Assembly: GCA_963845755.1 (NCBI GenBank)
Contig: CAWJTV010000016.1
Span: forward strand, 23,060 to 87,059
DNA: 64,000 nt
Origin: an uncultured Planctomycetota bacterium
GTDB lineage: Bacteria > Planctomycetota > Planctomycetia > Isosphaerales > Isosphaeraceae
Reading direction: 5' to 3'
Both the position numbers and the translations under genes were made by a program. Of the stretch, positions 31,926 to 42,310 are shown piece after piece; position 1 is the stretch's first letter; each line of letters opens with the position of its first letter. The notes beneath the pieces are model-generated. The model searched no databases and was not told the DNA's origin. It saw only the letters and a list, made by a program, of their open reading frames with translations.

Positions 31926-32747
31926 CTACAGGGCACCGCCGAGGACGCCCTGCGCGACCGCAATGAGGATGTAGGGCCGTTCGCGGCTGTGCTCCGAGCG
32001 CGGCCGGACGATGTAGGGATTGAACAATGAAGCCAGGAACGTGTCACGGCCCAGGATGATCTCGTCGGCCTTCGCGCGGATCGCCGGACTGACATGCGTC
32101 CGAATCGCGGGGCAGAACCAGGACGACAACCGCCAGAAGCCCCGGATGTGGAGCCAGGGCGACCGTTCGGCCGCGAGCGACCGGTGACTCCACCAGGCGG
32201 CCGATTGGGGAAACTGGGTGTAGAGGCGTACGGCTCGGAACCTCGAGTGGAGCAAGCTGACGAACTCCTCCTCGTCGAGCTCGATGCGATGGAACGGATT
32301 TTGAGTCCCTTCGCCGCTGTAGACCGGGCGGTTCGGGGTCGAGACGATGAGCATCCCTTCGGAGACGAGGACTCGAGCACATTCCGCGAGGAAGGCGGCC
32401 GGGTCGTCGACGTGTTCGATCGTCTCGAACGAGACGACCACATCGATCGACCGATCCGGCAGCGGGATGGCCTGAGCATCACCGGGGCGGGCGTCGAGGC
32501 CGTATTTCCGCCGCGCGTGCTCGCAGACCTCGGCCGACAGGTCGATTCCGACGGTGCTCGACGCCCCGGCCCTGGTGAGGGCCGCCGCCCCGTAGCCCTC
32601 GCCGCAGGCGACGTCGAGCACACGCCTGCCGCAGACGAAGTCCTTCGCGAAACGGTAACGGGCGACGTGCTCCCAGAAGGTCCGGGCATGGGCCTCCTCG
32701 GGCACCATGCGTTCCGTGTAGTGGAGGGCCTCGCGATCGTCAATCAT
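31926..32747 (-). CDS. Class I SAM-dependent methyltransferase (glycan-modifying type)
   Basis: EHVARYRFA, VLDVACGEGYG, DVVVSFETIEHV, LIVSTPN, NPFH. Confidence 0.9.
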   Translation of the reverse strand: MIDDREALHYTERMVPEEAHARTFWEHVARYRFAKDFVCGRRVLDVACGEGYGAAALTRAGASSTVGIDLSAEVCEHARRKYGLDARPGDAQAIPLPDRSIDVVVSFETIEHVDDPAAFLAECARVLVSEGMLIVSTPNRPVYSGEGTQNPFHRIELDEEEFVSLLHSRFRAVRLYTQFPQSAAWWSHRSLAAERSPWLHIRGFWRLSSWFCPAIRTHVSPAIRAKADEIILGRDTFLASLFNPYIVRPRSEHSRERPYILIAVAQGVLGGAL

Positions 32748-34167
32748 GCCGACGGCTCCTGTCGTACCCGGCCAACGATCGATCGGAATCCGATCGCAGC
32801 CAGCGGCATCGCCGCGATCTCGCCGGGGATTCGATACCGGATCGAGCTGACGAAGACGCTATGAACCGCGCAGAAGTAGAGCACAGGACCCGCCAGCAGC
32901 ACCAGGGCGCACAGGTCGCGCCGCCGATCCCAGCCGCCGGCGACCATCAGCAGATACAGCGGGATCACCACCACCGCGCCGGCCGCCGACAGCCAGGGCG
33001 ATCGGTAGTCCTCGGCATTGGGCCACGGGCTCCAGTAGCGGCCGACCTTGATGAGGGCCAGCTCCAGGACACGCGACGGATTCGACCTGGCGAAGTCGAG
33101 AGCGCGACGCGTGAGCGTCGCGTCCTGATCGAGTTCGGAGAGCGTCCGGAATTCGGGCGTGTCGCGGAATCTCATGTCGCTGGCGCCGGTCGCGCCGGGG
33201 TTCAGTCCATCGTAGAGGCTGGCTCCCATCCAGAGCGACGTGGGGACGAACCGGCCGTAGATCCGCGCGTTGCGGACCCACCAGGGACTCATCACCAGGA
33301 CCGCTCCAACCAGCACCAGCGCGGCGCAACGCATTACCGCACGACGCCGATAGCGATCGCGCACAACGAGGCAAGCCATGACCCAGGCCAGCAAGGCCCC
33401 CGGCAAGAACAGCCCCCACGACGGCCGCGTCAGGACGACCGTCCCGCCGGTCATGCCGGTCCCCACCGCCACCAGGGCGGTGCGCCAGGACTCGCGATGA
33501 CCGCCTGCCGGTCTCGGCTCCTCGGAAGTCCGCCAGAGCGTTGCAAGGCCCCAGAGTGTCAAGAGCATCAAGGGCATGAACAAGGCTTCGGAAAGAATCA
33601 ACTCCGAGATGGCGACATCATAGGGATAGAAGGCGGCCAGGACGGCGGCGATCAGGGGCACGGTCCAGAATCGGCGTTCGGAAAGAGGATCGAGTTCCGA
33701 GCGCGCGTTCGACCCGTCGGGCCAGGCGGTAAACCAGCCAGGCGCTCGCAGTCCCCAGGACAGCCTGGACCAGTCGGACCGCCATCGGCGACTCGCCGAA
33801 GACGACCTGGCAGGCCGCCAGGAACAGCGGATAAACCGGGGTGCGCATGGCCCGGTACGAGACATTACCCCACTCCACGATCTCATAGGGGTTCCCCGCG
33901 AATCGTCCGGGCCAGGAGCCAGTAATAACGGGCGTCGGGGAAGACGCACAACCGATAAGGATCGTTCCGATCCACGAACCGCTGCACCCCGACGGCGGCC
34001 AGGACTCGCAAGCCCAAGGCGGCCAGAAGCACCACGATCAACGGCATGAGCCGTGCGCGGGCGACGGATCGCCACGTCCGTTCGATACTCCTCTGCCCGA
34101 TCGTGTGTTTCACGGTTTGAGGGGACCCTCGAAGCGTCTTCGTCCCGTGGTTTCCATCGTTTCGCAA
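32744..34167 (-). CDS. GT-C fold glycosyltransferase family 39 (frameshifts near 33890 and 33705; start uncertain)
   Basis: FPDARYYW, RTPVYPLFLA, ILSEALF, LTRP, PWWVRN, RYRIP. Confidence 0.82.
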
Positions 34168-34264
34168 TCAGCTTGATGATACCGGAAGCGGCGCCACCCC
34201 ACCCACGCGAAAGTGCGGCGGCTTCCCGGGCCAACCGACGGGAACATAAGCAAGGACCTGATGA

Positions 34265-34846
34265 TCACCCGTGAGCGAGGAATTCCTCCAGGACAGCCGG
34301 TAGGTTGCGGATCGAGGATTCCTCCGACGCCAGTCTCGAAGCCAGTCGCGAGGCGAGCCCCGGCAGGTCGGGGAGCAGGCGGACGGCCTGGACGAGGTTG
34401 GGGTGTGTCGATTCGAGAGTATCCAGGTAGTGCTCCACTAGCTCCGTGCTCAGCAGTTCCGGCGCCCTGTCCCAGAGCTCCTTGCCGATCCGGAATAGGG
34501 CGTGATCGACCGCCCCAGGCGGGGTACCGGAGGAACGGAGTCTTTGGGTGAGTTCACGAACCTTTTTCGAGTCGATCTCCTGGAGCGAAGCCGGATCCAC
34601 GTCGGCAGGCAGACGGTCAGGAGGCAGCCTGATCCGATCGGCGCGCTGGTTGATCGCGAGCTCGATCGCATCAACCGAGAGGCGTTCGTCGGACTGGATC
34701 GCGATCTTGGGCGGGATCACCCCGCGACATTGGAAGAGGATCGATTGGAGGCGAACGAACCCTTGTTCCAGCGCATCGCGATCGAGGGAGGACGATCGGC
34801 TGAGGAAGAGCGTCAGCGAGGCCGTCTCGAGGCTCATGGTCGGCAC
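34265..34846 (-). CDS. Stand-alone FHIPEP (FlhA/SctV cytoplasmic domain)-like protein
   Basis: AAGGAG RBS + GTG; LFQCRGVIPPKIAIQSDERL...IELAIN, RAPELLSTELVEHYLDTLESTHPNLV, LASEESSIRNLPAVLE; no TM segment. Confidence 0.65.
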   Translation of the reverse strand: MPTMSLETASLTLFLSRSSSLDRDALEQGFVRLQSILFQCRGVIPPKIAIQSDERLSVDAIELAINQRADRIRLPPDRLPADVDPASLQEIDSKKVRELTQRLRSSGTPPGAVDHALFRIGKELWDRAPELLSTELVEHYLDTLESTHPNLVQAVRLLPDLPGLASRLASRLASEESSIRNLPAVLEEFLAHG

Positions 34847-34859
34847 GTCGGCATCTCCT

Positions 34860-37440
34860 TCAGTTCTGCCGTGGGTGAGCGAGTTGCTCGACGATCGCGT
34901 CTTCGGCCATCCCGCGCCGCCGCATCGGGTCGAACGCTTCGACGATCGCATTCAAGTTCCCGATCGAGATGCGCCGGGCCAGCAAGCCCTTGAGGACCCG
35001 CGTCAGCGCGACGACCTTCTCGGGCTTCTTGGGGATGTCGGCTCGCGAGCCGACGGACGACTCCTTCAACAGGGCTACGGTCGCCTCGTAATGAATCAGG
35101 TCGGCCATGCTGGACTCGAGCACGGCTTGCAGCCGATCCAGGAGGAACTCGGTCGGGGCCAGCAGGGGCAGCCCCTTATCACGAGCGCACGCGGCCTGGC
35201 TTTCGTCGAGCCAGAGTCCGTTTGGCGCTGGAACCTCGCCGGTGAGCTTCCGTCGGTTCGCCGGTGAGACCCAACGTCTTCCGATCCTCGGCCGGGACGA
35301 ACGTCTTCTCAGGTGGGATGCGGCCCTCTTCTTTGAGTTTTCCCATCACCATTAAAAAATACGTTCCGGGTCGGGACGAGCCCTCCGCGATATCGGTGAA
35401 CGACACGCCCGGGATTGTCAGGCCGAATCGGTCCCGGAAGTGCCCGCGCATCGCGGCAATCTTCTCGAGAATCGCGTCGCGGAGTGCATCCCTCGACTCG
35501 GTCAGGATGGGGCTGAGGAGTGCGGCCTCGAGCACGGGCTGGATCGGCGTGACGACCGGGATCAACTCGAGTGATGGTTCGCCGTAATGCAGGAGAAATC
35601 GCTTCCGATGCTCGTACTTGGCAAGTTTGCCGGCATACTCGGCATTCTCCGGCATGAGCCGGCTCGCCTGCTGTAGCGCCTCTGATAATCTCGTCGTATC
35701 GGCCGGATCGGTCAGATGCCGACATCTGCTCGAGCGCCCCGGCGAGGTTCGAGTGGATTACGGCGTTCTTCGGGGCCTTTTCGAGGGCCTTCCGGTACGC
35801 CTTGGCGGCTTCCGCATATTCCCTGAAATAATAGTGCAAGTTACCGATGAGATTGTCGTAATCGGCCTCGAAGGTCTCGCGCCGGCTGTCGAGCGCGAGA
35901 TCGTAGAGGCCGAGTGCGGCCTCGCGATCCCCTCGCTTGGTAGTAGACGTCGGCCAGCGCCATCATGGCCTGGACCGGTTCGCCGCCCGTATGGTCAGCG
36001 ACGAGGGCGCGTTCCACCTCGGTCTCGGCCTCGGAGTGCCTTTTGAGCATCCGCAGGAAGTCCGCCATCTTCGACCGGAAGCGGCCCTCGAGTCGGGGCT
36101 CGAGTCGCAGGGATTCCTTGCAGAATTCCAGGCCTTCCTCGTACCGGCCCTCGCGTTCGCAGAGCACGGCCATGAACCAGTATCCGTCGTAGGCCGCGGG
36201 GGCGATCTCAATGGCCTTCGCGAATGCGGACCGGGCCTCTGCCAGGGCCTCCGTGGTCCGGTCCGGCCGATCGGCCATGCCGAGGCTGCGCGTTTCCCAA
36301 CTCGAGGTATCCCCGGAGCCGCGTAGGGTCCAGGGCGATCGCCTGGGCATAGCAGGCGAGGGCCTCGCGGTCGAGGTTGTTTTGCAGGTCGATCGACGCT
36401 TCCGTCAACAGGAGGTTGTACTCGGCCGATGGGTCCACGGCACGGGCCTTGGCTTTGAGCGCCGGGATCCGCTCCCGGCGGTCGGCGAACAGCTTAGGGT
36501 GGCCGTAGAGCCGGATGAGCCGCAGATAGGCCGCGGACGAGCCGCAGGCGGCCGAGATGGCATCTTGATAGTGGGTCTCGGCCCCGTCGAGGTTCTCCAC
36601 CGTTTCATCACACTCGGCCAGGGCCAGGTAACCGTCTTGCCGGCGTGGATCGAACGCAACGGCGCGACGGGCGAAGTCGGCGGCTTTCTCCAGTTCCCCC
36701 TTGTACAACCAGAGGCGAGTCCAGCCGACGAAGACCGCGAGCGAGTTCGTATCTCCGGTCAACTCGTCGGCCTTTTTCAGCCAACCCTCGGCACCGTCAA
36801 CGTCGCCGAAAACCGAGAGATGGATCTGAGCGAGAACGCCCATGAGCGAGGCGTGCTGGAGGTCATCGAGGCCCGGCTCTTTCGAGAGCATGACGAGGCC
36901 GTCACGGCACTCCGCCCATCGCTCGTGCGCCATGAGCACAGAGTACCGTTTCATGGCTTCGAGCCGTCCGGCGAATTCTTCCGGGGCCGGCATCGGAGCC
37001 TTCGCCAATGCGGTGCAGAGCGCATCGCAGTCCCACATCGCGCGGACGTAGACCCAGACCCAGAGGGCCCACCCGGCTCCGGCGTCGCGGCAAAACGCCT
37101 CGGCCACCCGCTCGATCAGGCGATCGCAGATGAGCTTGGTGCACTCGTCGCGCAACTGCCGGAGGACCGGCAGGAGGCGGTCGACCTCGGCACGGCCCAC
37201 CTGGTTGTCGAGCAGGATCCAAAGGGAAAACGGGTCGTCCTCGGCCAGCAGGGCCTCGCGCAGGCGTTCCAGGACGTCGGTCGCGGTGCGCATGTCGGCG
37301 TCGCGGCCCGCCGCGGCGCCGTAGGCGCGGGCGAGGATCGCAACGACTTCGTCCCGCTGGAACAGCCGCACGGCTCCGAACAGCGATGTGCCCGGCGGAG
37401 AGGGGACCGTGGTCGCCGTTTGTTGCAAGGCCTGGCCCAT
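34860..37440 (-). CDS. TPR-repeat protein with C-terminal FHIPEP-like domain (several frameshifts)
   Basis: TPR consensus (AVAFDPRRQDGY, AIALDPTRLRGY, AIEIAPAAYDGY, ALEKAPKNAVIH); then VVTPIQPVL...MRGHFRDRFGLTIPGVSF...TYFLMVMG...VLKGLLARRISIGNLNAIVE; ORFs 36208..37440, 35841..36350, 35309..35839, 35179..35655, 34860..35123. Confidence 0.75.
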
Positions 37441-37452
37441 GGAATGGCTTCC

Positions 37453-38825
37453 TCACGATTTCGAGTCGAAGCGGTCCATGGTTGCAGTCGCGGGGGCCCC
37501 GGGCGACGGCGACGCCGCCGACAGATTGGACGCCGCCCCGGCGGCCATCCTCCCCCCAGCCGGAATACTGACCGGAGTGGTTCCTGGCCGGATCGACGGC
37601 GCTGGCCCGGGTGTTCCGGTCGAAGGCGACGACCCCGTCGTCTCCTTCTCCGTCGGAAGGATGATCGAGTCCCGGCAATGCATGTAGACCACCGGGGTCC
37701 CGAAACGGCGGAAGTCCAAGGAGCCGCGCCTTGCCCCAACTCGTAACGCGCGACCTTCACAGCTTCGTCGACTTCCATGCCCGCGCCGATCTGCTCGTAG
37801 AACGTCTTCACGAATTTCCTCGCTTCCTGATTCTGGATCTTGTATTGCATCGCGATCACAACCGGCACGTCCGCCTCGATGGCTATCGTCCGCGCCATAT
37901 CCCGGAAGCTGTTGAGCGAGGTGATGGTCGTCGTCGAGGTGCTCGACGCGCTGTTGCAGGCATGCAGGAAGACCATGCGAAGATCCGGACGGTCGAACAG
38001 ACCCATGATACCGGCGGTAGAGATCCAATCCGCCGTCGGACGCTTCTCTCCCGGCGTCTCGTCATTCAGGTCGATATCCGTCGCTTCCTTGAGAAAGGCG
38101 AGCTCGCCCTTCAGGCCGTGTCCGATGAAGTGGAAGACGTGCGGTCGCCACTCCATCTCCTTGCGGACCTTCGAGAAGGTCGGGTCCTTGACTTGCCGGA
38201 CTTGGACACGCTGGGCTGTGCCATCCTCGAGCTCCTTGATGGCCTTGATCGCATCCTGGGCCGAGGTCTCGATGTCCTCGAGATCGCGGGGCTGGCAGCA
38301 GACAACGAGGATCTTGAGTGCCTCACGGTCGGGGTCGATCAACTGGTCCTTGTCGGACAGGCGGCGCGTCAGGATCAGGTCCTTCGAGTGGCCGGTGAGG
38401 AAGTAGCCGCCCAGGCCGGTACTGTTCGCGAGCGGCATGAAGAGGAATTCCCAGGGGAGGTGCGTCAGTTTGCTGTCCCGATCGGCGAAGAACAGGTTGA
38501 GGCGGAAGCGGAGGTCGGAGACTCCCCCGCTCTTCCTGTGCAACTGGTCTTCCCGGGAAACCTCCGCGGCGAAACCCTTGTAAGCCTCCTCGAACGCTTC
38601 GCGCACGTCCTTCGAACCGAAGAGGATGCCGTAGAGGTGCAGCCCGAGCAGCTTCAGCAGATCCAAGCCGCAGTTGTTGTTCTGACCGACCAGGGTGTTG
38701 AGGTGTTCGATGGTCAAAGCCGCGACGTCTGAATAATACAGCTCCCCCGACACCCCTTTGCCATAGGGCGGCTTGAATTCCACGATCTTCTCGCGGATCG
38801 TGATCGTACAATCCACGTAGCGCAT
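37453..38825 (-). CDS. CHAT-domain caspase-like cysteine protease (frameshift near 37735)
   Basis: LGLHLYGILF, LPWEFL, LKILVV..QPRDL, HVFHFIGHG (His), VFLHACNS (Cys), VIAMQYKI, FYEQI, FGTPVVY; Pro/Ser/Gly tail; GGAGG RBS. Confidence 0.9.
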
Positions 38826-38846
38826 CCCAGGTCCTCCGGCGGGACA

Positions 38847-40013
38847 TTACATGTCGAGGATCGAGACGGCGCTCGGGCGCACGACGTCGAGGGGGCCGGG
38901 TTTGACGGCCGCCTCGGGGCCCATCGTGGCCAGGCCCACCGCCTTGTCATGGATGGCCTTCATCCGTGTCCTGTAGAACTCCTTCAGCTCGTCGCACTGG
39001 GGCGCGGTGAGGTCGGGGCTCAACTCGATGGTCTCGTAGAGGCTCAGCATGTTGGCCTTGGCGCTGGCCCACTTCTCGAGGTTGGCGCTGTTGGCCTCGC
39101 CCTTGATCCGCTCCCAGAGCGGGTAGAACGGCAAGGTGGTCAGGTCGTCGCGGCGGTCGTCCGGCGGACGGACGATGCTGAACAGGACGAAGTCGGCCGC
39201 GGTGTACTTGGTGGAACTTTCCAGGCTCGGCCCCTGGTAAAGCTGATTGTTGCGCACCCAGAGCGTCTTGGGATCGACGTTCGGCGCGTCGATGAGGGCA
39301 TAGAACCCCGGAGTGAACGGGTCGCCGGACGCGGAGTCGAACTCGCGGCGCAGTCCGACCAGCGGCGTGGTGACGTCCAGCCCCAGCAGGCCCTCGAACC
39401 CATCGAGGACGACGTCCGCCAGGTGGAGATACGATCCGAGCGACGACGCGACGCCCAGTGGTCCCGAGGCTTTCTCGATCACGCCCAGCAGCCGCCGCGC
39501 GTAGTCCTTGACCTGCACCGAACAGAGGACGACCGACACGATCAGCCGGCCCCCGCGGAACGGGTGCAGGCCCGATACGCGGGTATCCTGCAAGATCGTG
39601 CCGTGGGGCACGGTCAGGTTCTGTTGCTTGATCAGCGCGGGGCCGACCACGAAGGGAACCGCTTGCTCCGCCTTGTCGTAGATGAACTCGGAGACGACGA
39701 AGACGGTCGGGTCGATGGCGTGGAACCACTGGCGGGCCTGGGTCAGATACATCTCGTTGACGCGGACCTGGAAATAATCCTCATCGGCCGCGAAGACCGC
39801 TTGCAACGGCTTGCCGATCGTGATGTCGTCGCCGGAAGGCTTGCCCGTACCGGGCTTCGGTACCGGTGACGGGGGCGTCGGCACCGTCGGCCGGGGCGTC
39901 GGTTGTGGGCCCTGGACCTGATTGATGGGGATCTCCACCGCGGTGGGCATCACCCGCGGCGCATTGATGATCCGTGTCTTGATGGTGTTCCAGACGTCGG
40001 CGAATCGCGACAT
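38847..40013 (-). CDS. Conserved-looking hypothetical protein, first gene of the CHAT operon
   Basis: GAGGA RBS + ATG 40013; 388 aa, strong GC3 bias, Pro-rich linker, beta-rich core (YFQVRVNEMYL, VPFVVGP, GLHPFRGG) and helical tail; 21 nt before CHAT start. Confidence 0.85.
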   Translation of the reverse strand: MSRFADVWNTIKTRIINAPRVMPTAVEIPINQVQGPQPTPRPTVPTPPSPVPKPGTGKPSGDDITIGKPLQAVFAADEDYFQVRVNEMYLTQARQWFHAIDPTVFVVSEFIYDKAEQAVPFVVGPALIKQQNLTVPHGTILQDTRVSGLHPFRGGRLIVSVVLCSVQVKDYARRLLGVIEKASGPLGVASSLGSYLHLADVVLDGFEGLLGLDVTTPLVGLRREFDSASGDPFTPGFYALIDAPNVDPKTLWVRNNQLYQGPSLESSTKYTAADFVLFSIVRPPDDRRDDLTTLPFYPLWERIKGEANSANLEKWASAKANMLSLYETIELSPDLTAPQCDELKEFYRTRMKAIHDKAVGLATMGPEAAVKPGPLDVVRPSAVSILDM

Positions 40014-40239
40014 GGGATCCTCGTCTCTGGACAGCTCATGACCGGCTGGCAACATCCCAGCCATGTGGGGACTTGTCGAGACGTTCACAGTACACATCCG
40101 ATTCCTCTACCGCAAGCATTCAGCCGGCGACGGCGGAGGTTCGCAAACAGTGCTCTTGGGCGTGCTACGACTCTTGTGATAGGATGGTGCGGATATGGAC
40201 TGGCACTCCCCATCGAATCCCGCTCCGCGAGGCCCGACG

Positions 40240-42265
40240 ATGATGATTCCCGGCTGCTTGTCAATCCTGCTCACGACGATGCTCGCCGGGTCGCCGCCGG
40301 TCGAACGCGACCGAGGCTCGCGCGCTCACGTTCAAGCTCCAGGACTTCCGCGGCGGCTGGCATGCCCTCGATGATACCCGCGAGAAGAAGCTGGTCGTAC
40401 TGGCTTTCCTGGGTGCCGAATGTCCGCTGGCGAGCCTCTATGCCCCCAGGCTTGCCGAGCTGGCGCGGGCCTATGACAAGAAAGGGGTGGCGTTCTTCGG
40501 CGTCGACTCCAACCAGCAGGATGCCCCGTCGTCGATGTCGCGGTTTGCCCAGGCGCACGACCTGCCGTTCCCCTTCTTGAAGGATGTGGGGAACGAGCTG
40601 GCCGACCGGCTCGACGTCGATCGGACGCCGGAGGTCTTCGTCCTCGACGCGCGGCACGTGGTGCGCTATCGCGGCCGGGTTGACGATCAGTTCGGATTCG
40701 GCGTCCACCGGCCGGCACCGAGCCGTCGCGACCTGACCGACGCGCTCGACAACCTGCTGGCCGGCCACCCCGTCACCACGCCGCGGACCGAAGCCGTCGG
40801 CTGCCGGATCGGACGGATTGCCAAGGCCAAAGCAGAGGGGTCCGTCACCTACTCGAAAGAGGTGGCGCGGATCCTCCGCGATCGCTGCGTGGCCTGCCAC
40901 CGTGAGGGGGAGATCGCGCCGTTCTCGCTGGCGAGGTACCCGCAGGCCGCCGGCTGGGCCGAGATGATCGACGAAGTGGTCCAGTCGGGCCGGATGCCTC
41001 CCTGGCACGCCAGCCCCGAGTACGGCTCATTTTCCAACGAGGCCCAGCTCAGCGCCGATGAGAAGCGGACGATCGCCGCCTGGGTGGCCGCAGGCGCCCC
41101 CGAAGGCAACCCGCACGATCTGCCCGAGCCGGCGCACTACGTCGAGGGTTGGCGGATCCCCGCCCCGGACCTGGTCGTCGCCATGCCAAAGACCGTCAAG
41201 ATCCCCGCCGAGGGCACGATGCCCTACCAGAACTTCATCATCGACCCGAAGCTCAAGAAGGATGTCTGGGTGCGGGCGTCGCAGGTGCGGCCGGGGAACC
41301 CGTCGGTGGTCCACCATCTGGTCGTCTTCGTACTGCCGCCGGGGAGCCGGGATGCGGAGCGGAGGATCGACTTCCTCGCCGCTTACGCCCCCGGGATGCC
41401 GCCCCGCATCCTGCCCGAGGGGACGGCCCGACTCGTCCCGGCCGGATCTCGACTGTTGTTCCAGATCCACTACACACCGCGCGGGATGCCCCTGGCCGAT
41501 CGCAGCGAGATCGGGCTGGTCTTCGCCGACCCCAAGACGATCCGCAAGGAAATGACCGCGATCGCCGCGATCAACATGGACCTGCGCATCCCTGCCGGCG
41601 CCGACGACTTCGCGGCCGAGGCCCGGCACCGCTTCGACCAGGACACGATCGTCTACTCGCTCCTGCCCCACATGCACCTGCGCGGCAAGTCCTTCCGGTT
41701 CGAAGCCGTCTTCCCCGGCGGCCGGACCGAGGTGCTCCTGGACGTGCCGCGTTATGAGTTCGAGTGGCAGAACGTCTACGTCCTTTCCAAGCCGAGGCTC
41801 ATGCCCGAGGGGAGCGTGCTCCGCTGCCTGGCCCGCTACGACAACTCGGCCGATAATCTGTCGAACCCCGATCCCAAGGCCACCGTCGCCTGGGGCGAGC
41901 AGACGCGCGACGAGATGCTCGTCGGCTACGTCGAGGTCGCCCTGGCCGACCAGGACCTGAGCCTGGGCGGCCCGGAAGTGCGGAAGTCAGACGATGGCAC
42001 CCATGTGGTCACGTTCCGCTACCGTCCTCCGGCCGCCACCAAGGCGGTCTACCTGGCCGGCACCTTCAACGACTGGAAGCCCAACGCGTTGAAGATGGAC
42101 GGTCCCGATGACTCGGGCCGGTACCAGACCCAGCTGAAACTCGATCCGGGTACCCACGAGTACAAGTTCGTCCTCGACGGCACCCGATGGCGCCAGGATC
42201 CCGGCAATGCCCGCCAGGTCGGCGATTACCACAACAGTGTCGTGGAGGTGGGCAAGCCCCGATAA
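40240..42265 (+). CDS. Secreted redoxin - cytochrome c - copper monooxygenase-like - CBM48 fusion (frameshift near 40325)
   Basis: FKLQDFRG...FLGAECPLA, RTPEVFVLD, CVACH, RMPPW, VVHH, PHMHLRGK, DEM; C-terminal VYLAGTFNDW...HEYKFVLDG..W..DP. Confidence 0.85.
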
Positions 42266-42310
42266 GCGGGAGACGGTCTTCTCTTTTCGGTCGCGCACCG
42301 GCGTGGCCGG

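Noticed and set aside
34265..35600. Genuine flhA/sctV of a flagellar or T3SS locus
   Set aside because: No transmembrane domain or FHIPEP signature loop region, fused to TPRs, and no other export-apparatus genes nearby
38847..40013. Bacterial gasdermin next to CHAT protease
   Set aside because: Longer than typical bacterial gasdermins, lacks the N-terminal Cys motif, and I see no recognisable similarity; needs a structure search
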